The position numbers and the translations under genes are program-made. This document shows positions 7,971 to 15,309 of a stretch of 20,000 nucleotides of DNA, one piece after another (position 1 is the stretch's first letter; every line of letters starts with the position of its first letter). The stretch lies in the IMG/VR virus record IMGVR_UViG_3300025085_000011, one strand, 5' to 3'. Source of the DNA: an uncultured virus (IMG/VR IMGVR_UViG_3300025085_000011). Lineage: Duplodnaviria > Heunggongvirae > Uroviricota > Caudoviricetes. The notes beneath the pieces are model-generated. The model saw only the letters and a program-made list of their open reading frames with translations. It was not told where the DNA came from and searched no databases.

Positions 7971-9533
7971 ATGGCCAGGAGGAAAGGGTCAGATAACTTT
8001 GGTTTTAAAAGCCCAAACGAAAAAAGTCCTCAATCTGACTTTAGTTTCGGCGGAGTTAGAGGCGCTAGTACTACAAATCAATTAAATAAAATAATACCTA
8101 TCAAGGAGAAGTTTAGACCTAACTTCAACTTGAAAGACTTTAGTGTTCTGTATGACTACCAGTACGCATCCATGTGGACACGATGGAGGCGTGGCTATGA
8201 GTTGTATATGTACGCCAACCAGGCGTATGTAGGTTTAAATTATTCGTTTCGCTATTTTATTTCTGGTGAAGCTGGTGTAGGGGCCGCTCTACCAGGGATT
8301 TGTTATATGTACCCAAGCATGAGTCAGGACATGGCTATGCGGATGGTAGTTATTAGACCAAGAGACTCATTTAACTTTCTCGACTTTGGGTTTTCGATTA
8401 AATCAATTATCCCTACTTCCACAGAGAATGTTTATGCCATAGAACTTTCTAGTAACTTCGGTGCTCCAATTTCTTTCTTTACAGGAGAAGTTTTATCTGA
8501 TCGATTTAATCCTGACGGCACAGAGAAAGCTACTTACAACAGTTACGTTGTAATCGGTGTGGGTAACGGACCGAATGCACTGGTCCCTAATTTTGCTCCT
8601 ATATTCAACACAATTTTTATATCCCTTGACACAGATAATAGTTGGAAAGTAGTAGATAACAGTACTCTTAAAGCTCCTGCTGATCTACCTACACCAGGAG
8701 ATTACTTTTCTACTGAGATGCGTTTTGGCTGCAACTGCCCTGACTATTTAGGTCGTGAAGAGTTTAATCTTTATAAATACAATACAAAAAGACAGTACCC
8801 CTATACAAGAGTTCAAGACTTAAAACCAGGTGTTTACGACGTGGGAGCAGACTTTACTAAAGAAGGTCAATCACGTGAAGTAGATACTCGTGATTACACC
8901 GGCTACACAAGAGATTTTGGTTTTATCTACATTCAAAAATTACTTGAGATAGCTGAGTATAGAGACAATGAAAAAGTATATTCAGACCCTAATCTTATTT
9001 ACTGGCGACCTAGGTGGTGTAAGCATATTTATGCAAGTTTTTGGGATTTACAAAACAAATTTGGCAAAGACGTTATTGAACCAACGTGGCTAAATCAACC
9101 TTCAGACGAACCTATGGATGGTGCTTATTTAAATCAGTTCTACACAAATATGGAAAAACAGACAAGTTTCAAGTGCCGGGAGAAAAGGCTTTCCTGGTGG
9201 GAAAAATTCTCTCCTTCTAGAAACACGACACCAGTACACATGTTGTATCCCGACATGAATCCCACTGTCACAAAAGTTTTAAACTTTGACACACTTAACT
9301 CAGGTGTTACAAACCCGCTAAACCCTAGTGGGTTTGAGATGTTTGACATTGATCAGTACAACCCTTTTCTCCCTCCTGACCCAGAGACAACACCAAGGAT
9401 CGATGGAGGTCAATACTTCAATGGTGTTTTGGTTAGTGGCGCTAGTCTCATCTACGATGGCGGTTCTTACGTGAATGGCGGTTTGACTCCATATCCGTCC
9501 TTCCCCTCAATAACAAACGGAGGTACTTACTAA
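7971..9533 (+). CDS. 520-aa protein with split SWIM-type Zn finger and C-terminal (D/N)GGxY repeats
   Basis: FGCNCPDY ... WCKHIYA gives the CxC...CxH SWIM ligands. The C-terminus has IDGGQY, YDGGSY and TNGGTY motifs, common in phage tail proteins. Confidence 0.65.
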   Translation: MARRKGSDNFGFKSPNEKSPQSDFSFGGVRGASTTNQLNKIIPIKEKFRPNFNLKDFSVLYDYQYASMWTRWRRGYELYMYANQAYVGLNYSFRYFISGEAGVGAALPGICYMYPSMSQDMAMRMVVIRPRDSFNFLDFGFSIKSIIPTSTENVYAIELSSNFGAPISFFTGEVLSDRFNPDGTEKATYNSYVVIGVGNGPNALVPNFAPIFNTIFISLDTDNSWKVVDNSTLKAPADLPTPGDYFSTEMRFGCNCPDYLGREEFNLYKYNTKRQYPYTRVQDLKPGVYDVGADFTKEGQSREVDTRDYTGYTRDFGFIYIQKLLEIAEYRDNEKVYSDPNLIYWRPRWCKHIYASFWDLQNKFGKDVIEPTWLNQPSDEPMDGAYLNQFYTNMEKQTSFKCREKRLSWWEKFSPSRNTTPVHMLYPDMNPTVTKVLNFDTLNSGVTNPLNPSGFEMFDIDQYNPFLPPDPETTPRIDGGQYFNGVLVSGASLIYDGGSYVNGGLTPYPSFPSITNGGTY

Positions 9534-9534
9534 T

Positions 9535-10053
9535 ATGGCTTCTACTCCTGTAATCCTGCTTCTCAAGCGAACAGGTAACTCTTCAGATAGACCAAACACA
9601 GTAACAGTTCAAGCTGGAGAACCAGCCCTTAGCTTCGGTGGGGCTGACCCAGGACTTTATTTCAAAGACTCTGCTGGTGCAATTAGAAAGATTGGAGGTA
9701 GCCATTATGCGACTACAGCCCCTAACTCAGCTCCAGCAGGTTCTGCAGGTAATTCTGTAGGTGAGTTGTGGACACTCAGCACAGGCAGTTTTTATCTACA
9801 AGTCTGGACCGGATCTGCTTGGCAAAAAGTAGGAGCTGGTTTTGCGGACATAGCTGGGCTAGCGAACACCGCGACTACAGCTACTACAGCTACTACAGCT
9901 ACTACAGCTAATGTAGCTTTGGAGTGTACTGGCAAGGTAGCCACTACTTTTACAGGAACCCTACCCTCTGTAGGAGTAGCTGGAAGTTTAGCTTTTGATA
10001 CCGGGACGGGTACGCTATACGCCTCTGACGGAACGACCTGGGTAGCTGTTTAG
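9535..10053 (+). CDS. Short tail-fibre/spike protein (Mtd/hyaluronidase N-terminal-like anchor)
   Basis: The N-terminal ILLLKR...P..VQAGEPALSF....LYFKDSAG, and the GELW..LQVWTGSAW and GSLAFDT...LYASDGTTW modules, are typical of trimeric fibres. Confidence 0.7.
   Translation: MASTPVILLLKRTGNSSDRPNTVTVQAGEPALSFGGADPGLYFKDSAGAIRKIGGSHYATTAPNSAPAGSAGNSVGELWTLSTGSFYLQVWTGSAWQKVGAGFADIAGLANTATTATTATTATTANVALECTGKVATTFTGTLPSVGVAGSLAFDTGTGTLYASDGTTWVAV
9874..9909 (+). repeat. In-frame tandem repeat (ACTACAGCT)x4 encoding Thr-Thr-Ala
   Basis: Exact copies at 9874, 9883, 9892 and 9901. Confidence 0.95.
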
Positions 10054-10589
10054 CAGTCTCTCAAAGTTGATTTAAGCATCCACGAACCTTTAAACAGATG
10101 GCCGCAGATGTTTGCGGCTTCATTTTCAATGTCAGGTGCCCCCACATTTCTCGCAGTTTCAACTAAGTCTTTAGCTAAGAAACCCCCATTTTCAAGATTT
10201 TTTGTATACACAATCAGGCTTTCCCTAGCCTCATAAGTTTTTACAAGAGGAAACTTTTTGTAAGCATCCATAAGTCCGCACTGACACATAGGCATGCGGT
10301 AATCCATGCTTCGTACCTGTTCTGAAACAGTGTCAAAGTCTTCAATGTGCTGGTTGTACTGTTTTTTTAAGAACTTGTGTACCGCCAAAAAGTAGGGAGC
10401 CTCTAGGTTTAGGTGCAGCAAGTGCGCCTGAGTATTGAGTTGATAGAGGTAAGAACCGAAAGAGACCATCTGATAAACCAAATTATCAGCACTGGCCTCC
10501 TTCGTGGTAATGACTTCTTCTAGCATTACTTCTTGCTTCGGAACCTCAGAAGCGTTCTGAAAAATTTCAGTGATACTAGAAGAGTTCAT
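10050..10589 (-). CDS. dps: Dps / ferritin-like DNA-protection protein
   Basis: HLNLEAPYFLAVHKFLKKQYNQHIEDFDTVSE keeps the Dps ferroxidase ligand spacing H(+0), H(+12), D(+27), E(+31). The likely start is ATG 10589, 5 nt after the upstream stop; the ORF track uses TTG 10610. Confidence 0.85.
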   Translation of the reverse strand: MNSSSITEIFQNASEVPKQEVMLEEVITTKEASADNLVYQMVSFGSYLYQLNTQAHLLHLNLEAPYFLAVHKFLKKQYNQHIEDFDTVSEQVRSMDYRMPMCQCGLMDAYKKFPLVKTYEARESLIVYTKNLENGGFLAKDLVETARNVGAPDIENEAANICGHLFKGSWMLKSTLRDC

Positions 10590-10594
10590 TAGAT

Positions 10595-10849
10595 CTAAAT
10601 TACGGAACAAACCTGAGTTTCTTCTACTTTAGCCTCTTCTGGTTGTGCGTTTAGGTAAGATTCCAACGCATCTTGATTTACTCGATACAAAGACTTAGCT
10701 CCATTGGGTTGCAAATTTACAAAGATCTCCTTAGGCCATCCACCGCTCTGATTAGCTTCTGTAAGGGCAATCCGCTTACGCACAAAACCAGCGGAGCAGT
10801 TCAAGAGCTTTGCGGTTTCAGCAATAGTCAGGAATTGTGTAGGTTCCAT
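10595..10849 (-). CDS. Excisionase/MerR-like helix-turn-helix protein (HTH_17-like)
   Basis: FLTIAETAKLLNCSAGFVRKRI...YRVNQDALESYL matches the Xis-type winged HTH pattern. Confidence 0.75.
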   Translation of the reverse strand: MEPTQFLTIAETAKLLNCSAGFVRKRIALTEANQSGGWPKEIFVNLQPNGAKSLYRVNQDALESYLNAQPEEAKVEETQVCSVI

Positions 10850-10983
10850 TAAAGGTGAGGTTGACAGTGTAGTTAACGATAGAAGGTTAGCAGAGATCTG
10901 TATAAAGCAACTACATGATCACCGTTTTCACAGTCTTTTTACTTTTTTCTACAGTAAAATGTTGAGACGTAGACGAAGAACCC

Positions 10984-11232
10984 GTGGCTATACGCATCGC
11001 AGGAGAAAAGTTCTCTGGGTACAACAAGCCACGTAGAGACTCAGACGGAGGTAAGAAGTTTGCAGTAGCCGCAAAAGAAGGAGACACAGTGCGTCTAGTC
11101 AGGTTTGGTGACCCAAACATGAAGATCAAAAAACACATACCAGCTAACAGAAAAAGTTTTAGAGCACGTCATAACTGTGAAAACCCTGGAAGCAAATTAA
11201 AAGCACGTTATTGGTCTTGTAAAGCTTGGTGA
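10984..11232 (+). CDS. Small basic conserved phage protein (DUF6321/DUF5754-like)
   Basis: YNKP..KKFAV..VRLVRFGDPNMKIK...RKSFRARHNC....ARYWSCKAW is a motif set I recall as widespread in aquatic phages. GTG start, with TAAAAT 23 nt upstream. Confidence 0.75.
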   Translation: MAIRIAGEKFSGYNKPRRDSDGGKKFAVAAKEGDTVRLVRFGDPNMKIKKHIPANRKSFRARHNCENPGSKLKARYWSCKAW

Positions 11233-11273
11233 GCTTTGCTTTTGTCTTTTAATTTGAACTAGAGTGGTTTTAG

Positions 11274-11525
11274 TTGAACGAACCAGAGATGATGAGAGAA
11301 GATCCTGGCGAAAGCATTGTCATTAGTCTGACAATGGAAGATGACTTTACTCTCACTCGACTAAAGAACAAGGCTAGTGTTTTACGAGGAGACGCCAAAA
11401 ACAAGTACCTCTGGAAGACAATTCTTAGGTTTGTCTGTCGCGAACGCGCTTATAAAACTGTTATCGATGACCTTGGTTTAAATGTAGATACTAATGTAGA
11501 TATATTTGCTGAAGAAGATGACTGA
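11274..11525 (+). CDS. nblA: NblA-like phycobilisome degradation adaptor
   Basis: LTMEDDFTLTRLKNKASVLRGDAKNKYLWKTILRFVCRERAYKTVI aligns without gaps to NblA as I recall it (LSLEQQF...FL.KL...MVVREATYQELL), retaining L-[ST]-x-E-x-x-F and the C-terminal R-E-x-x-Y. The start may be TTG 11274 or ATG 11289/11292. Confidence 0.7.
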   Translation: MNEPEMMREDPGESIVISLTMEDDFTLTRLKNKASVLRGDAKNKYLWKTILRFVCRERAYKTVIDDLGLNVDTNVDIFAEEDD

Positions 11526-12306
11526 ACTTATCAGCCCTAACGCACGTAAGTGGCTTAACACGATTTCTTATGCGGAAGGCACATGGGATGAAAGCAAAGG
11601 TGCTCCTACTTACGACGTAACTTTTGGCTATCAAAAAATAAATGACCTTTCTGGTCACCCAAGAAAAGTTGTTAATTCCGGTGGACACAGCAGCGCTGCA
11701 GCAGGTGCTTATCAATTTATGCCTAGTACTTGGGATGGAGTACAACGTTCTCTTGGACTCCCTAACTTTGGGCCTGAAGCTCAAGATATAGCTGCCTTAG
11801 ATCTTATTAGAGCACGAGGTGTAGATCCCGATACAGCTCCTATTGACAGAGAAAACCTTTCAAAGCTTTCACCGGAATGGGCATCCCTACCAACTAAAAA
11901 CGAAGTTAGTTATTACCCAAATCAAACGGCTAAACCCTCTAATGTGTTGATTAAGTTTGCGTCTACTTTTTCTGGACCAGTTGCTTCGGAAGAAACCAGT
12001 ACTCAACCCTTTCGATCACAGTCAACTTCAGCTCAACAACCCGATATACGAAGGGATTTTATGTCTGATCCTACTAGTTCCGTTACTGAAACTAGTGTTG
12101 ATCAGAATGAAAAAGCGGATTTCTCTTATGAAGATAAACTTTTTGATCTTTTTCTACAAGAAGCAAAAAATAAACAAGAACAGAAGAAAAAATTAGAAGA
12201 GGAAAACAATCGTTTAATTAATCAAGCTAACGCTTCAAAACAGGCAGCAGCTCTCCTCGTACAAAAAGCTATGTCCAGTTTTGCTACACCTAAGTCCATA
12301 ATCTGA
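11518..12306 (+). CDS. Lambda-R-type muramidase/lytic transglycosylase (GH104) with C-terminal extension, probably virion-associated
   Basis: Motifs: LNTISYAEGT (catalytic Glu), HPR, SAAAGAYQF..TW, FGPEAQD.AA..LI, EWASLP..YY.Q. A roughly 110-aa low-complexity/coiled-coil tail follows. ATG 11518 overlaps the nblA stop (ATGACTGA). Confidence 0.85.
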   Translation: MTELISPNARKWLNTISYAEGTWDESKGAPTYDVTFGYQKINDLSGHPRKVVNSGGHSSAAAGAYQFMPSTWDGVQRSLGLPNFGPEAQDIAALDLIRARGVDPDTAPIDRENLSKLSPEWASLPTKNEVSYYPNQTAKPSNVLIKFASTFSGPVASEETSTQPFRSQSTSAQQPDIRRDFMSDPTSSVTETSVDQNEKADFSYEDKLFDLFLQEAKNKQEQKKKLEEENNRLINQANASKQAAALLVQKAMSSFATPKSII

Positions 12307-12335
12307 TTTAAACTTGTGGGATAAGTAGAGCAATC

Positions 12336-12770
12336 ATGGACTCTTTTAACTTTGATGGTCTTGTCGACACAGGAGGCTTAGGTGTTGACTTTGGTACAGG
12401 TAGTTTTCCTACAAATGATTTCGGTGGTTTTGGTACAGGCAGTTTTCCTGTACCTGAATTTGCTGACTATGGCGTTGATTTTGGTACAGGTGGTTATATA
12501 CCCGAACCTGGCTTTACTTACGAAAACGTTTTCGGCGGTGCTGGCGGAACCGGAGCAAAGAAGTCGGGAGGCTTTTTAGACAATTTAATTGGATCTGTGG
12601 GAGATCTTTTTGGTGGAGGATCTTTGCCTGCTGATCCCTATGCGGGTTCAGAAGTTTCTCGTAGCTTTGGGGGACCACGTTCTTCTTATGTCGGCAACAC
12701 TCAACAGAGAATGAATTCTTTGTTAGCAAATGCTATAGACTCATTTAAAGAACCTAGATCTGTAATTTAA
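12336..12770 (+). CDS. Gly/Phe/Asp-rich low-complexity protein with FGTG repeats
   Basis: 144 aa with three FGTG units. TAAACT lies 21 nt upstream. The C-terminus resembles that of the muramidase. Confidence 0.65.
   Translation: MDSFNFDGLVDTGGLGVDFGTGSFPTNDFGGFGTGSFPVPEFADYGVDFGTGGYIPEPGFTYENVFGGAGGTGAKKSGGFLDNLIGSVGDLFGGGSLPADPYAGSEVSRSFGGPRSSYVGNTQQRMNSLLANAIDSFKEPRSVI
12478..12535 (+). repeat. 58-bp perfect direct repeat, copy 1
   Basis: ATTTTGGTACAGGTGGTTATATACCCGAACCTGGCTTTACTTACGAAAACGTTTTCGG is identical to 12795-12852. Confidence 0.95.
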
Positions 12771-12775
12771 TAGCT

Positions 12776-13621
12776 ATGAGCAACCCAGTCTTTAATTTTG
12801 GTACAGGTGGTTATATACCCGAACCTGGCTTTACTTACGAAAACGTTTTCGGAGATAATGGCCCGCAGTACACGCCTTATGAGGGTGCTTTCGATCCTGG
12901 GGGTACTTATTCCTTCCCTGAAGGAACCACCATTGGTATTGCAGATGGATCTCAGTTTGATTTAAGTGGAGCAAATTTTACGCCTGGTGCGGGAAATAAC
13001 AGTTTTCTAGATGTTTTGGCCGCTAACGTCGGCGGTCTCGGTGCCGACATAAAAACCCTATTTGGCGGTTCATCCTCAAAAACAGGAGTTGATGCGATTT
13101 CTGACTACGTCAAAAAGTCTACTGATACTCTCAATAAGTTAACGGATGAAACAGAAGACAAAGTTGCATCTTATGCAGCTGACGTATATCCAGGTCTTAC
13201 AGGACTGACTGGAGAGGAAGCACTCAATAAGTACTATGACGCTTTTTCAGACACCATCGCACGTGTAGAAGATCGTGGCTTGAGTCAACTTGCTAACAGA
13301 CCAGAAATTGATCAAGAGTACAACAGACTTTCTACAAGAGTAGGGAACATTTTAAATAACAACCAGTACAATTTGGCGTCTCAAGTCGGTGGTTACGGAA
13401 ATATCGCGAGAGGAGAAGGCGTCGTTCAAATGGATCAAGGAAGACTTGATGCGGCTGGCGATCGACTACTAAATGCCAAGTACAAGCAAGCTTACGACTA
13501 CGGAGATCCTCAGACTTCTAAATTTATTTATGGCTCTGACAAAACAGCTGACGCTATTGGTAAGTACTACAACACTAGTGGAGATGTAGCTGGTTTGATG
13601 AGTTACGGCTCTGTTGGTTGA
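12776..13621 (+). CDS. Hypothetical protein (candidate internal virion protein)
   Basis: 281 aa. The N-terminus carries FGTGGYIPEPGFTYENVFG, shared with the upstream gene, and the C-terminal part is helical. Confidence 0.65.
   Translation: MSNPVFNFGTGGYIPEPGFTYENVFGDNGPQYTPYEGAFDPGGTYSFPEGTTIGIADGSQFDLSGANFTPGAGNNSFLDVLAANVGGLGADIKTLFGGSSSKTGVDAISDYVKKSTDTLNKLTDETEDKVASYAADVYPGLTGLTGEEALNKYYDAFSDTIARVEDRGLSQLANRPEIDQEYNRLSTRVGNILNNNQYNLASQVGGYGNIARGEGVVQMDQGRLDAAGDRLLNAKYKQAYDYGDPQTSKFIYGSDKTADAIGKYYNTSGDVAGLMSYGSVG
12795..12852 (+). repeat. 58-bp perfect direct repeat, copy 2
   Basis: Identical to 12478-12535. Confidence 0.95.
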
Positions 13622-13920
13622 TGGCTCAATTAAAGTCAAACTCACTCGAAAACAGAGTTGAGTCTTTTGTTGAAAGGAGATACAACCAGCGAGAAAGAGA
13701 AACCCGCACTCAAAGATTTGCGGGGGAGTTGTTCGGCAAAACCTTAGCCGAAAACTTAACAGCTAATAGAGACAAAATTAAACCGCAAGAAGCTCAACCA
13801 GAAATAAAACTTGGTTTTGCCGAAAACGATGGATTCGGACCTGACGAATCGTGGGCTTCTGCAGACCCTATTAAATATAAACCCTTCCCAGAGTACTATA
13901 ATAAGTATCAAAAGTACTGA
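13618..13920 (+). CDS. Hypothetical protein (about 100 aa)
   Basis: Translationally coupled to the previous gene (TTGATG). It overlaps the convergent gene by 50 nt. Confidence 0.6.
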   Translation: MMAQLKSNSLENRVESFVERRYNQRERETRTQRFAGELFGKTLAENLTANRDKIKPQEAQPEIKLGFAENDGFGPDESWASADPIKYKPFPEYYNKYQKY

Positions 13921-14458
13921 TTGATTCCTCGTACTTATTTTGCTTTGGTAGGTAGTAAATAAAACCAAATACTCTTGCGTTTACAGGTTTAAGATTTTTT
14001 TCTTTAAGCAACTTCGGTCTTTCTGACATAACACACAAAGGAAAATCAAATTTAATTTTTTGTGTGACTAACAGAGCAACCTCAGTACTTGTAAGAAATA
14101 CAATAGCTTCGTCAAACTCTCTTCTTAACCACTTTGAGTAGCAAAGTTCTAGCCATACCCTTTGTGCTGACTTTTTAAATCTAAGTTTTTTAACAAACAA
14201 CCTATTGTCTGGTGGCTGCTCTTTACCGGCTAATAAATTTTTTGGAGGATATAAAAATACATTTTTAGCGTTCCACTCTTGTTTTAGTCCGTTTTCTTTC
14301 CAAGAAAAATAATTATCTGCCTGTACGACAGACTGCGCTTGTTCGCTACTAGCGGGGTCTAAGTTTATGGAACCACCAAAAAAAGCTGTGGTAGTGGCTA
14401 TTAGTTCTGGAGGCGATACGTAGTCGTCCTCAGAAAATAATACCGTTTGATAGTTCAT
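13871..14458 (-). CDS. Phage Dam-type N6-adenine methyltransferase homologue with degenerate catalytic motif
   Basis: DDYVSPPEL...INLDPASS..A..VVQADNYFS..ENGLKQEW..KNVFLYPPK matches the phage Dam family pattern (D.W.TP..IDLDPAS..DGL.Q.W..VFxNPPY), but NPPY reads YPPK. Confidence 0.75.
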   Translation of the reverse strand: MNYQTVLFSEDDYVSPPELIATTTAFFGGSINLDPASSEQAQSVVQADNYFSWKENGLKQEWNAKNVFLYPPKNLLAGKEQPPDNRLFVKKLRFKKSAQRVWLELCYSKWLRREFDEAIVFLTSTEVALLVTQKIKFDFPLCVMSERPKLLKEKNLKPVNARVFGFIYYLPKQNKYEESISTFDTYYSTLGRVYI

Positions 14459-14849
14459 CTATGTTTTTATTTGCCTCCACGGGGTCTATCAGGTGTACAG
14501 CTACCTCTGAATCCTGAATCATCGCTATCAAAGCTAACTCATTGCTGTCTTCTTTTTGAATAACTTTAATAATCAACTCAAACAGCTCTTCTAGTTCTCT
14601 GTTCATTGACTCTTGAGCAACAGCTAGATCATTTTCTAAATCCTTTACTGTTAGGTAATTAGATAACTCTGGTTGTACTGGGTTAAAAACTAAAACACCT
14701 TTTCCTACCGCAGTTTTGTGCTCAAAGTAAAGTTTGATCATGTCTGCAAGAATCGTTCTTACGACTCCTGCGGAAATCATTCTTTCTTTTTCCTCTCCCT
14801 TAAACAGGGTTTTGACTAAGTCTGCTGCTCCGCGAGAAAGATTAACCAT
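14430..14849 (-). CDS. Hypothetical protein
   Basis: 139-aa ORF overlapping both neighbours in the leftward cluster. Confidence 0.7.
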   Translation of the reverse strand: MVNLSRGAADLVKTLFKGEEKERMISAGVVRTILADMIKLYFEHKTAVGKGVLVFNPVQPELSNYLTVKDLENDLAVAQESMNRELEELFELIIKVIQKEDSNELALIAMIQDSEVAVHLIDPVEANKNIDELSNGIIF

Positions 14850-15165
14850 TTTTAAAATTGTTCCAAGCAGAGTGGATAATACTGTGTATGTCGTAGAGAA
14901 ACTTAGAGCTGTTCTTCTCTACTGGATCTATCTTACAGAAGTGAGTACCTTCGATAAGCCCTGTTTTGCCGTCACTGACTATACCTTGGTGGATTAACTT
15001 ATCTAAAGTTACACTAGGTATATTAAGCCTTTGAGCTACTACTCTTTTACTTACAAAACCAGAAGTTCGACGTGCTCCTGTGTTTTCTGAAGCTAAGAGT
15101 TGTAACGAAACATCGATGCTTTCTACAGCAACTTTGATTTGTTTAATTTCTTTGATGATGTCCAT
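14842..15165 (-). CDS. Xis-like winged-HTH protein with N-terminal coiled coil
   Basis: FVSKRVVAQRLNIPSVTLDKLIHQG...LIEGTHF...FLYDI is a Xis/terminase-small-like HTH pattern. Confidence 0.55.
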   Translation of the reverse strand: MDIIKEIKQIKVAVESIDVSLQLLASENTGARRTSGFVSKRVVAQRLNIPSVTLDKLIHQGIVSDGKTGLIEGTHFCKIDPVEKNSSKFLYDIHSIIHSAWNNFKNG

Positions 15166-15187
15166 TGATAAAAAGTGATGAATTTTT

Positions 15188-15307
15188 TGGGAGCCCTCTT
15201 AACCACCCGATGTCAGGCAATCAGAAACTTGCGGCGTGTCGGAAACGATAAAAACGAACACGCACTCCCAGCTTGGTTTTGTGGGACCGTTCTTACCCAC
15301 AAGACCA
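15188..15307. other. Structured intergenic element (multi-stem fold plus 12-bp hairpin); possible leader RNA or ncRNA
   Basis: TGGGAG(15188-93)/CTCCCA(15265-70) encloses CCGAT/ATCAG and GCGTGT(15234-39)/ACACGC(15258-63). The adjacent TGGTTTTGTGGG(15274-85)/CCCACAAGACCA(15296-307) forms a hairpin. Confidence 0.35.
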
Positions 15308-15309
15308 CG

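Noticed and set aside
10595..10849. Prophage excision module
   Set aside because: Only a Xis-like HTH is present, with no integrase or att-like site in the window. Such HTH proteins are common in lytic phages.
12390..12852. CRISPR array or DGR template/variable repeat
   Set aside because: The repeats are in-frame coding with irregular spacing. The 58-bp copies show no adenine-specific mismatches, and no cas or reverse transcriptase gene is present in the window.
15188..15270. tRNA gene (GGGAG...CTCCCA ends)
   Set aside because: There is no GTTC T-loop, D-loop or anticodon arm geometry on either strand. It is kept only as a generic structured element.
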